Source of the DNA: Aplysia californica | Lineage: Eukaryota | Assembly (NCBI RefSeq): GCF_000002075.1 | Contig: NW_004797825.1 | Location: 455,491 to 519,490, forward strand | Direction: 5' to 3' | DNA length: 64,000 bases | Shown: one piece after another, positions 38,701-52,500 of the stretch | How the letters are laid out: every line of letters begins with the position of its first letter | How positions within the stretch are numbered: the stretch's first letter is position 1 | Notes under the pieces: generated by a model | What the model was told of the DNA's origin: nothing | Seen by the model: only the letters and a program-made list of their open reading frames with translations | Databases searched by the model: none | Made by a program: the position numbers and the translations under genes

Positions 38701-40524
38701 CTTTAACACTTTGACATCACCAGCTTGCAGATTCATGTACGGCTTGCAGATCAAATCAATATTCACTGTTTGTTTAATTTTTCAGAGGACCCTTGAATGA
38801 CATTAACATCATACAGGTACCCACTGAATAAAAAATCGGCCAGTATATGATTTAAAGAAGCCCCTTCTCCCATCATTTGTACCTGCAGTGAAAAACAAAT
38901 GTCATCAAATATCAGTCACAGTTTAACCCTTCCAAAGCTTTGTGAGGAATTTTTGGGATTTTTATAAAAAAACCCAACAATTTTAAACAGGACTTTTCGG
39001 ATTGAGGATAATCGAATAAGACAAATTTATTTTCATTATGCAACAAGCAAATCCGCTGGGCAAGAGAACGAACCCCCGAGAGCTGCGAAGCTTCGTAAGA
39101 CACAAGGTACCCACCTCCATCTCACTCGAGTGCTGCAACACACTATTGGAGCGCTGTGAAGGAAATCATTGGGGGTCACGAAGCTTTCCTTGATTGTAGA
39201 GGTTCAAGCACATCACATAAATCACCACTTAAGTGCTAGTGCAACTAACACATTTAGTTTTTTGATAAAATGAATGTTTAAGAATTGTTTCTTGGGCTTT
39301 TCCTTTTGTTTTGTTTGCTTGTATTTTTTTTGGTTAAGGTTATTTTAAGTTTGTCAATTCCAAAGGTTTTCAGGTCTACTTTCTTCTTCACTATATGGTC
39401 ATAATTGTATTGTTGAAAGGAAAATTTGGGATGGATTTTATTGGGGGGGGGGGGGGGTGTAACTATTATGAAAAATGACTCTATAAATCCAAATCACTGC
39501 TTTAGATAAAATGTCTTAAATTCTAAAGAAATGAGAGAAACCTATGCCTAGGGCAGGCTTATGTGCAGGGTTTCACAAAAAAGATGCTTCCGTTTCATGC
39601 ACCTTAAATAAGAATATCCCCCAAAATGAATAAAACATACTGTAAACTATGAGCTTTGGAAAAATAGATCATGAAAGTTTTTCTGATTGTTTCACAACCA
39701 TTGCTTACAAAGTGGGTAAAAAAAAAACCACAAATAGATTTTAGCAAATCAAAGTACTTGTATTATTCGTTATTTAATAACATGTATTTTGCTGGTTATA
39801 GAAATTAAGGTGACAAAAGCAAGACTCTTTTTATAAGTAAAAAAATAGGACCAGTAAGGGGGTGGGGGATTAGGCAAGAATGGTGGTTCAGTATCCTAGA
39901 GGGAAGATGTTTGCTTTCTCATGCCAAAGTACCTTGTTGAATTCTCCATTCATTCAGACATTGCACGTACATAACTTCAGCTTTTTCCAATTTTTCACAC
40001 CCATGATCACAAGCTATAAAAGACTTGAATACAAATAAAGGTAGAAATCACAATGACCACAGCATTTTGTTCACTCATATAATATGTATTGCGTTCAAAA
40101 GCTTCCTCGCTCTTTTATAGATGTGTTTCTGTCTTAGGCATCTTCACGTTCGGGCAGCTTCACATTATATTGTTTTCATATCAATTTGTCAATGGAAAAC
40201 ATGAGAAACACTACATTCCAGAAAGAAAACAGACCATAAGAGTCAAGTTAGAAGACTTAAATTGCTAGTTAAAGTATCCTACCTAGGCCTACATAGGATA
40301 ACCCTAGATCTAGAAGACAAAAGTCAGGAAGAAGAAGAATGATCGCAAGGACTGTGTGACTTTTTGAAACACCTCTACCAAGAAGAAACAATTAGACTAA
40401 CTAAATATATTTTGATAGGCTTAAGATGATCACAAAACTGACTGAAACCAACAATGCTGCAGGGAGAGACAAAGGGAAAAAAAAGAGAGGGGGGAGGGGT
40501 GGTGGGATAGGAGAGAGAGAGAGA

Positions 40525-40556
<32 letters not shown>

Positions 40557-43500
40557 NNNNNNNNNNNNNNNNNNNNNNNNNNNNNNNNNNNNNNNNNNNN
40601 NNNNNNNNNNNNNNNNNNNNNNNNNNNNNNNNNNNNNNNNNNNNNNNNNNNNNNNNGGGTGGTGGAGAAAAGACAAAGACAGCAAAAGTACCAAAAAATA
40701 GGACAACAGGAACCGAAAGAAAGACAGAGAGAAATAGGGAAAGAGCAATATGATTTTGAAAGAAATCGGATGGTCTGATATTAGGGAAACGGCCAAAAAT
40801 AAATGAAACTACAGTAAAGGGCAAAACAAACCCATATATTGAAGAAAATGGAATGGATTTGAAAAAAACCCCCCTTCAATCCTTTCTGAAAAAGCTTAAA
40901 AATGATTTCCTCAAGTAAACCAAACCAAGCCTGCAACTATGACATATTTTACAGAACTGCAGCAGCAATGTGTAATCTGAGCCTTGTTGAGCGACTACAT
41001 CATAAATAATCCATTGTCCAGCATTTCAAATTGACTAAGCCCAAAATGTTTAATTAAAAAAAAAAAAATTGCTGTTTTTTAACCAGTGGTATTCATTGCA
41101 TGAGTCTGGGGAATATTTTGACAAAATTCAAATTCTAAATGTAAAAAAAATCAGGAAAGGATACATCGTGTAGGTACAATTGTTAACAGAATGAAAATAT
41201 TATCCCTCCTGAGAATGTTTGCTTTAGGGGCTTAGCATATTTTAACAGCTTGCCGACAAAGTATGTTCATTAATGTGGGAAACAGAAGTCGGTAGACTGC
41301 CATGCTTTCCCAGCTCAGGATTAATGATCCAGCTTGGTGAGCAAAATTCTTATAAACAAACACTTAGGAGCAAAAATTAATACAGAGGAAAAAAATATTA
41401 TAGCAAGAATCAGTCTTCATAATATTACATTCAGTCAAAACGACAGTGGAGGAGACCTGTGTGACAGAACACAACATTTGTGTTCAACATTCATCTATAA
41501 AATGTAATACATAATAGTAAACGTTGTCTATGTGTCTCACTTTGAGCAACTCTTGAAATGATGAATGTATGTAATGGTGAATCAGTGATAGCATATTCAA
41601 CCATTTAGAGCTATAGGGAATTATAGCTATATATATATTTAGTGTATAATTGTATTAGTGAACTAATATTATACTGGTAACTGTGTGTGAGAGTATGTCT
41701 AGGTTTGGGGTTTTTTCATCTTCAGCTCAAGTCATAAGAAAAGAAAACTTCAGATTACGTTTCACATAACAGTCACAGAATAGTTACGTATAAACCGAAT
41801 AGTTATAACAGCTATTTGAACTGAAATGTTTTATTCTTATGGTATTTTTTGTTTTGCCCCCAAAAGAAACAGTGATGACACTTCTGAGGAAACCTGACAT
41901 TTTCACACTGTAGCAAGAATGGAAAAACAAATGTTCAACAACAGCAGTCTCATGGAAGAATGAAAGGAGAACACAGTTCACAAGTTTATGCACTAATGGC
42001 TGTGCTTCTCTGGGAAATGGGAAACCAGTTTCAGTGCATGTAAGGTTCAGCCTGTGACCAACAGTACAAAACGATCATGCTTGCTTAAAATACAATACAC
42101 TGGGCCACAGTGAGCTGCAATAACGGAATTGAGGGGAGAGCACAGCATTACACGGACACAACCAGTGTCTAGGAGCAAGGAACAAAGTAATAATGAATGA
42201 GCTCAACCTGTCAGTTGGCGTAAACTTATTTCCGACAGCACTTTCCTGAAGTACTTCAAAGTCAACCCAACGTGCAGTCAGATATTCATTGTTGATAAGA
42301 TAGAATGAGTCGGTGAAGGGACAACCTAATTCCATATAGAACAAAGCAATACCTGCCATTCAGCATAAGCTGATTTTCTTTCAGCCCTTTCTTGAAGAAC
42401 TTCAAAGTCAGTTAACGCAAAGCACAAGTCAGCTCATTCATTATCAAGAAAATAAAAGGAGCTTGAGAAGGGATAACCCATTTCCAGACAGAATAAAGAC
42501 TACATGCATGCTGTTGTTATCTCAACTCTACATTACTGTGTTATCAGTAGGTATAACATGTAACATGCACTATAGTATAAGATTTGAAAAAAAAAGAGAG
42601 AGAGAAAGGAAAGATTCAAGTAGAGCAAAAATCATTATTAATCATCTCTTTATTAAAAAAAGAGTATTACTTCTAGTTGATTTCTACCAGAATGATGAGA
42701 CTCAGTAATTGAACTATAAGGTACTGTTTTGAGATGTCCTTTCATGTTCACCGGCCACTACAATTCAATGATCAGATATGCAATCATATCAGTATTATCA
42801 CAAATTATATGAGCAGAAAAAAAATTCATATCAATTGAAATAGACAAGTTTAATCCAGTATGACAACATTTCTTATCACTTTAAAAAATTCAATTCCCTT
42901 GTTCATTAGTATTGGAGAATGATGCTTTTTGATAAATAACTTTAAAACCAACGAAAAAAGCAAAAATTTAAGAACCTTTTGGAGCTGCGTTGGGATAGAG
43001 CAAGTCAAAATACAGATTTCATAGATTTAAAGAGAGCATCTCAACTTTCACAATAGCTTATGGGCCTTACTACCATTTACAATAAGTGTTTGTACTTTAA
43101 AAAAAATAGAAATCAGGATGAATATTGTGAGAACTGTACTCTCATAAAGACGAAACACTGTCATGTTCCTCAATAGTGTTAAAGACCCCATCTGAATTGT
43201 AGAAAATAACCTATCATTTGTTCTATTCATATGAAAAACAAGTTTTGAGCTAATTATCTTAGACCTCTCCAACTAAATATTTCGTTGTCCAAAAACTCAA
43301 AAGTTCTGAAAAGTATATCCTAAAAGTCCAGAAAAAAATCCACATGTCACTTATAACGGAAGCAGGCAATCTCTCTGTACCTTATATTAGCACAGTATAT
43401 ATTGCTGTCTCACTCCAAAATAACTGAATACAAGATTGAACAACAAAAAAAAAGCAACAGGGGAAAAAAGGAAAGAAATGTATCGCACCGTAACGCTTTT

Positions 43501-46500
43501 TTTAGCCTCTTTTGGCTCTGGCTGTGGACAGAGGCATTAAAAGAACATACGTTTACAAAAGGATGTCAGAGTAAAGTGCACAGACTGTGTGTAAACATTG
43601 GTGGAGACAATAAATGTCAAAGTTTGAAGCAACAAACTACAAACTATTAGTGCATGAGCTTTTAAGGAATATGGCTTCTCTAAGCTGGTTCAAGAACCCA
43701 CAAACTACACAACCACAATAGGACATAATAGTTATTTGGTGCAGGAACATGTTAACTCGTCTGTGCTACATCTATTGCTATAACACTTACATCGAGGGTT
43801 AAAAAAGATGAAGACACAAATCCTTAAACCTCAGTTCAATGACAAAATCAATATCTTCTCACTTGTGTTCCTCGTTTTCATTTTTCAAGTCAGAAAAAAA
43901 AAAAGGAATAAGGGTAACATAGCATAAATAACTAGTTAGAAATCATTAAATTGGTTATCACAAGCATACATTCAATTTTAAAAGTTCTTTCAAATAAGCA
44001 CAATATGTGATGGCTATGAACTTACCCCTTTTTTCACATCGCCTTTCTTGTCTCCCTCCTTCTCTTTGCCACCTTTCTTTGGAGCAGGAGATGCGGAAGC
44101 GCGGTTCAGCATGTTAAACGCAAGTTTTGTGGCTTCATCAGAAATACCCGTCTTCCTTTTGGTCTGAAAGTACATGTGCGAAGTCAGGACACATAAATTA
44201 TGCCCCAACAATAAAACATACAGGCACTGCATTATCGGAATGAAATACAAAGATAAATAAGCAATAGGGACTGACGTATATATATATGTTCTTCCTTTCT
44301 GACAGTTATGTTTTTTTAGTAAGTGTTTTACTGCACTTGCAACACAACTAGGTCATTTAAGTGCTGAAGATTAGAGGTATTACAAGAGAGCAACAAACAC
44401 AAAAAAGAAGGAGGAGAGATAAGGATGACAGATGTTTCATGGAAAAAGGAGCAAACCACACCAGAGCACCCGCAAACCACCCACTAAGATATGGTATGTA
44501 GTGACATTCTGCATACTCCTGGGAAATGTTTCCAGTTTGCTCACAAGTAAACGAGCATACGTCTAACCATTAATATTCATAGAAACACCTAAACTTAGGA
44601 ACACAATAATATTGACACAGGCATACACACGCACATGCACATATCCATGAACACACTCTCACATGTGCACACAAATCTCCAATTCTCAAAAAAGCTTATT
44701 TTGCAAGAAAACAAACACCTGAAGGTAAGCAGTTGCCCAATATAACTACTATTAGTATTGTAGAAATTAAAAAGTAACACCTTACTGACCTTACCCAATA
44801 ATATTCTAACAACAACAATTTGGTTGACCAACCTTTTCATTCAAACAATAGTCAGTATATGCAACAACCTTGAATGCACCTCGGATGCGTTTTACTGTGG
44901 AAATTAAAAATAAAGGCTATAAAATATGAAACAATACCATATTACCCCAACATTGTGAAAACAAGAGCTATGATGAATAGATTCACTAGACCATCATTTT
45001 TCATAAAAACAAAAGCATTTTTCACCATATATATCAGAAGAAAGTTACATATTGTGATCTAAAAATAAACAATTTAAGACCTTTCAAATTCGTAGTATTG
45101 TCAGGAAGCAAAAATCCTACAAGTCCTCAGTATATCCTACAAAGTACATTGGACCTTCTACAGGTGCAAGAGCAGAATCTTACACTTCATAAAAATTAAA
45201 AGCACAAGCACCTTAGATTTTATATGTCCAAAACTAAAGGAAAAAGTAAAAAAAAACCCTTCTCAATACCTGGCCTGCCCTGTTATCCTTTCAAACAGCC
45301 AGATATGGATTGGAAAAGGCAATTATCATCCAGCCCACCAACACGATTGACTTTTACAACATGCATTTCAATAAAACACCAATAAATATGTGCATCTTTA
45401 ATCAGGGTAGGGAAAGGGGGGGGGGGGGGGGTTCTCCCCCCCCCCCCTCCAAAAATCACTTGATTAATCAGGTGATGTCAGCAAGTGAATACAAAATGGA
45501 TGGACAGGAAAAGCCATAGTATATAAGCCTCATCAGAGCTCCAAGTGTGAGAGCAAAAAGCATCTACAAACAATCTGAGCTCAGCAGGAGATCTTTAAAA
45601 AAGTCAGAAAAATCAAAGTAGGCCGGATTTTCGTTTGAATTAAAGATAAGTAGGGCAACACAACATAGGCCAGGAGAAACTAGGAACAAAAGGATTATAA
45701 CGGACAGAAACAACTGATGACTGGAAAAAATCCAGACCAGCTAACAGCTTTCTCCTCCTCACATTCTCACATAAAGACATAAGACATCATCATCCTCTTT
45801 CTCACCCTGGATCAGAGTATAGGCCACGAACAAACACTTTCCACATTTCTATATTCTGTGTTAGCATCTTGATGTTATTTCAAAATAAGACATAGGTACT
45901 TAATAAAGAAACATACCTCCTGGATAAAGCAGGGGAGCCAGGTTAAGAAAGGCCACGCCATGGAAACTGATACTACTGTCATCCTCCTGAGAAAGGTGCA
46001 TAAAAATAGACATCTCAGACAACAAATCTCTGCCCAAGCGATGTAACTGATTCTATAAAATTTAAAGAAATAAAAACTTGATGGCTTGGAATTTTAAAGC
46101 CTTCTACTAATAGGCAAAATTTGTCAGTGAAAATCTCGCTCATTTGATTAATGCTCATTCATCATTTTCCTTTACATAGACAAACTTTCAATAATATGAC
46201 CAAGTACAAACTTCAACAATTTAAAAACAAGCACAACTGTCACAATACGTTATTATTTGTTTTTTATATTTAAAAAATCTCCTCCTTCTTTCATATTGTA
46301 CAGAAAATAGACTACAACGTTTACTCAAGAAGACCAAATAAATTTCGTATTGCACTAGTACTATAAAAGAAAGCAACATGACAAGTACACAGACATTAAC
46401 ATTTATCAAATTTATGAATGAAGCAAGTTTAATTAGACAAATAAGCGTAAATTCTTTTTTTAAAAAAGCTCTCCCACCTCCTCCCCCCCCCCTGTAAAAA

Positions 46501-49500
46501 GTACCATAAGCTCAGGCATATTACAGAAAAAAGATTCAAAGCACAATTTCTATTCTAATGTAAGTCATATATACTTTTAAAATGAATTTGCTAATTTTAT
46601 TTATGCTTTCAGCAAAATCGCATACAGCATCAACACAGTCATAACATAGTTTTTTTTATCTCACTCTTGTCATTAAATAGTAAAGTAAAGTTCTTCATCT
46701 GAATAACTCTTCATGCAAGTAGTTTGCAAGAAAAAAAACAGTAAATGAAAACCAGGAAGAAAATAGCAAAGAGAGAACAAGCAAAAATACACTGTGTGAG
46801 AAAAAAAGAAACAGGGTCAACAATCTGAAATTTAGCTAATTCAACTCAAAACGTTAAAGGGTAAACTTACGAAAACGATTAACTCTTTTCCACAACAAAA
46901 ACAAGCTTTTCTAGACACATGTCAACAACATGATAGCTGCTACAACATCATCCACTACATCATAAGCTTGTTTCAAAATAAAGAAACTGGTTTATTTTTC
47001 TGTCAAAGCTCTGGTTCCTCTTTATTTGTCCCCTTATCAAATAGTTTATAACCGCTGTTATCTACATTTCTAAACATAGTAGATATAACAGAGATGGCAC
47101 TGTAATACAATTGTCAAAACAGCAGTTTCATGGGGTATGAAAAAGGGTAAAAGAAAAACAGTTGTCTACAGATGTACATGACAGACAGGATGGTAAAAAA
47201 ATATTATGGTCAGAACATAGACGACAATTTCGATTAGAATTAATTCCTATTTATTACAGTACTTGCAAGTCTATCTACCTGTGCAGAGCTGACACCCACT
47301 ATGTTGATGTGCCTAGCATTATCAACAGTTTATTGTTCATTTCCCCAAACTGTTTTTTAAGACAGATTACAGAAATGATAGCACATCTACGATATCATAT
47401 GCCAAGGGAGGTTAAATATCACTTGAACACAAATTTATTTTTATTTTTCCAACATCAAACTAAAACCACAGTACAGCTCGATCTTAACCTGAAAAAAATA
47501 TTTATTCTCCTTTTATTATTCACTTTGTAGCACACAGCACAGAAAGGAGAAATCCTAGTTCCATTAGGAGAGAGAAAAAGCTAGAATGATATCACAGGAG
47601 GAAATGAAAGCAATAAAAAGCAAGTTTCATCAAGACTCAAACAGGGAAGGGGATTTCCGGATAAAATCAAGGTTAGGGAAGACAAGAAAAGAGTTCAGTG
47701 TGTTGACTCAGTGGTTCAAAATCCTAAATTTGTAAGTTTGTCAATTTTTCTCCCAATCTTTACTCAAGAAACAGTTCTGTATTTAAAAAAATGTTATCAT
47801 GATCACTTTACAAACATAGAATACAAAGATAAATAGTGCATGCTTGATACAAAGACTAAATATATCACAGAAGTACTGTTATACATGTCCTGCCAAACTA
47901 ATTATATTCCCACGACTGCCAAAAGGCAAACAGGTTACAGCGCTAACGGAAAAGAGGGGATATACATAATTCTTCTGTTTAATAGAGCTATGCATGTATA
48001 ACTTATAAGTGGGGATCAGAGACAGTAAAGACTGACAAAGTCACAACATTCAGCCAGGTTGGTCTTTACCCTTCGTGAATATCCCTACAAAAATTTGGGT
48101 TAAATTCATTAGTAAAGTCAAAAGTGTGGGGGATATTTATCACAAGACATTTATAAGAGAATATGTTACAGTTAACAAAATATTTGAAGGTTGTAAAACT
48201 ATGCAAAACACTTTTATAGAATATAATTATGTTAGTGTAGATCTATACATTTTTCATCCCCAAGAAGTATTTCAGAAAAGACAAATAAGAAGTATTTTGA
48301 AGTGAACCATAACAAAGAAAAGGAATAAAGAGACTTAAAGAAAACACTCACTGCTCTTGCCAGGACTATGAATCAATTAACAAGAGACAGTCAATAGAAC
48401 CATACAACTTTAAAGGTATAAAAATAAACTCAGACATTGTCTTGAAGATAGATAATTAAACCTTAAGTATCTACAAGATGACAAAAAAACCCAACTGCTC
48501 GTACCTTTTTGCCTTTCCCCGCGGCAGGCTGTGGCATCCTCATGATTTCCACGGGCCAGTAGCGGTTTTTGGCGATGGTATCTTGAAACCTGTGTTATAC
48601 AATAACCCCAGAGACATAAAGCTGTGATGCAAAAATTTACACACTGAGGTAATTGTCATCAATCATGGCACCAGCCATATCTCGGAGAGGAAAAGTTCCT
48701 CAGAATAATCTTCCTTTGTTTTCATACTTCACCTCAACACAAATGATACATTAAATCATCTAGCTGAGTTTAGAAAATCATATCAAACCAGCAGTTCAAA
48801 TTTCAAGTCTTAGTAAATAAAACAGTGATAGTCCCAGTTTTACTTCCCTTATCTTTTCATCTGCATGCAGGATCAAAGAAGAACAACATCTAGATCGACT
48901 AATTAAGACAAATGTCAAAATCTGTGAGTTGTGCTCATTTAACTCTAAAAAGAGACAGTTGTACCTTTAAAAAGCTAAAACAGCACATAACATTGAATTC
49001 CAAATGCTCTTTATAAATAATCTTATACATGAAAACAAAAAAAAGAATGAAGCAATTCAGTATACTTTTGAGACATAAACAAACCAATCCACTGTTAGAG
49101 AAGAAAGAAAGCAATTCATTTGGTACAAACACATTATAGTGCTTAGTACTCAGTTCAGCACACCAACTACGTCCCCCAATGCCAGCCAACTGACCCTCTC
49201 ACAGCTGAGGTCTCTAAGTAGCAGCGACGTTCCATGTTCCATGTGACTCGATTTTTTTCTGTCTCAGCTTGCTGTCTGTTGTCACGGTCTTCCTTAGCCT
49301 TAAAATCCCCATCTTCATCTTCAATCGGATCAGAAAACATGAACCTGAGGAGAAGAGAGAAGAGCTTTTCTTGAAAGATCTGATAAACACATAATGCATG
49401 AAATAAGGACTGTACTAAAAACTGCATTCTGTCTTAATTTTTATTCCTGAAAGCAGTTAAACAAAAACTGAAAAATTTATTGACTAAATATATATTGTGA

Positions 49501-52500
49501 TAATCAGTGGATCAAAGCATCACTCAGGTTTTGTATGAATAACTCAGAAGAACTAACACATTGCAGAATATCTTTTGACACAGAGGCAGACCTCAATCTT
49601 TACAGAGAAAATAGGATAAGAAAGAAAGAAAAATTGATTAAGGCTCAAATCAGAATTTACCTATTAGATTTATAAAAATGTTCAAGACTAAAATGAATAA
49701 AGTGATGGACATTTAAACAAAAAAAAAGAAAATAGCATTTGCCGATCCCCTTAGCACCAGCTGTTACAGGCAATCGACTGTTAAGAGCAAGCTTCTATCA
49801 TGTTTACTTTTCAAAATGAAATAATGACTTCTCTTCAAATTTAACTGTATCATTTTCATTTTTTTGGTCATAATTCAATGTTTTACAAATTGTAAAAACA
49901 ACTTAAAACGTCGTTTCTACAGATTTTTTCGGTTACATTTTGAATTGCATGACCCATGGAATCGGTGAAAATATCTTAATTAACTTAACATATTCTAAGA
50001 TATGTAGTTTTCCATTCTAAAAGACATTCATCGGGTCAGGTACAGTCTATTTGCTAATTTTATCCTCTTTTCAAAAACATTATCCAAAACTATCCAGTAA
50101 CAAATCACTTCTTTTCAAAAGTGTTTTCTGCAGTTTTGCAATGCACACAGCTCCTATGCTGAAATATGTATCATCTATCATTCAGACAAACACTGAGATA
50201 TCTTAAAAGACATAAACTGAATCATGCATGGAAATAATAAGGCTTTCATCATGGTGGTGTCAGTATAAACTGAAAAAAAAATCATGAAGGGCCTGATTTC
50301 CTAGGCTATCACATATAGACTACTCACTTGTCTGGCATGAGAACTGCATTGCCTTGAGCTGATCCCGGCACAGCCCATTTCTTCTGTTTACTCGGGATCT
50401 CTTTGTCTTGTCCTGGCTTGAGGACTCCATTGATGAACACAACAGGCACCTCTTTCTGTATCCAAGGAGGAAAATAGGAGAGTCGGATCAACAAGGAATA
50501 CATCTGTAATATTTAGTCTGGTAAGCACATAGTGAAATCAGTGGGACATGGAAATCTTTTCATTATATATACATTTTTCTATGTATATGTTTAAACTAAA
50601 AAGATAATACATGTGTAAGAAACATTTGTTCGCCATGTGTGTATTTGCCATGTGCGGGCTAGACTGTATATGTTGACTGCATTTTAATATTTATTCTCTG
50701 CTGTGGGTTCATTTTAAGAAATAACTTATTCATCAACAGCATGATGAAGAAGACAAAGTATTCTTACAGAAATAATCTGGGGCAAAAATATCCTTTGCTT
50801 TTCATTTATTTGCAAACACGTTCAACCTTCAGACATGTGAAGGGAAAGCTCTGTGTTTTCAAAATTCATCAAAGAAGGACAAACTACAGAGTAACTAGAT
50901 CTATGGACTTACAGAGTGGGATTCTGTTCATTTCACAACATAGTCTAATATTTCAAAAACTGACAAGAAAATGTAATAGCATTATAGCTCTAACCAACCC
51001 AGATCTGCAGAGGAAGCAGCTCAATGATGTAATGATGTCCAAGTTTCTGATTCATTGAGGTTGTTCTTTACCTTCTATCCTGTAACTCATTTCTCGCTTT
51101 CTATTAGTAGGTGAGAAATAATAAATACAAAAGACCTGAGTCTAAAATGGGATATGATTTTTTTTCTTAAATGGACAGAATAAGCAACAAGAAACCATTC
51201 CCTTCCATATCAGAGTAACTTACATCAGCTGAGATGGGCACTGGCAAGGCAGTGCCGTACATGTACTGTGTGCCAGTCAGAGTCCAGGTGTCAGGTGGAG
51301 AGTACAAGCTGCCAACAGACACAGTCATGAGGTTCCCGTCATTCAGCTGAGCCTCATCCAGCAGTGGTTCATTCACCGTGACCTTGATATCCAGCTCTGC
51401 CTGGTACAGAGAAAAAAACAAAACAACCAATATGTTTCTGACGTATTATAACAGTACCCATCACATCTTTTCTTTTGCTGTTACTCTGTGAACTTTGCTT
51501 GAAAACAAAATGCATTAACTAAACAAAATGCATTAACTATCATTAGAATGTCCTATTGTATTTGATAAATTTTTTTTTAAAGTACCACTCTCCCCAAAAG
51601 TAATTTATCATGTCTAAAGTTTTTAATTCTGTTGTCATTCACTACTTGTTTAAAGGAAAAAACAGAAGGCTACTGCCATATACCAAATAACTTGTTGAGA
51701 AGTTTTGTGTTTACATTCAAACATCTGGTGGCAGAAAATTGAGGCTCATGACTTCACACACAAGCGATTACTATAACCATCCCTGGCCAGCATGTCAATG
51801 CACAGATATAACACAGGCAAAACAGGGTGTTCAATAACCAACAGGTGAATTGATAACAATCTTTAAGTGAGTGTACATCACAAACTGCTTATTTGTCATG
51901 GTACCATAACTGATAATATATATTAAGTATGCCATTATAAAAAAACAAAACAGCCAGACCTTTAAAAATAACTCCCTTTTCTGACCAAAAATTTATCTGT
52001 ATCATCGCAGTTCCCAGGAGGAACAAACTGCTGCAAAGTCTTGTATCCATATATATATTATTGTCTCAATCATACTTTATCCAGCCAGGACTAAGTGGAA
52101 CCCAACATTCCACCAGAGAGATGAAGATACTCAATAAAAAAAACCTTCATAACACAAAAGTTGAACTCAAAAAAATATTTTGCGGGCACAGCAAAGTGCC
52201 AAACCATTACATCTGCTGGGCAGTCATAACCTGTAACACAATAGATGCTAGTTTGGTCATACAAGCTTACTAAAAAAATTATTGACTGAATCAAAATTAC
52301 TACACGTACACAAGTACTGTTTTATTTATAACACTTTGAACTTTGACAAAAGGGAACAGCGGCTGAATTAGAGACATAGTACCTTTAAAAATATATCATC
52401 CAAATAATGTGGTTAACTGTCAAAAATAAATGCAATTTTGTTTTCACTTGTGAAATTGGGACTGTAATTGTTTTCATAATTCAAAGAAAAAAAACACAAT

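Noticed and set aside
45713-45740. CTGATGA followed by a CTGGA/TCCAG hairpin (hammerhead-like)
   Set aside because: No GAAA box or stem III follows.
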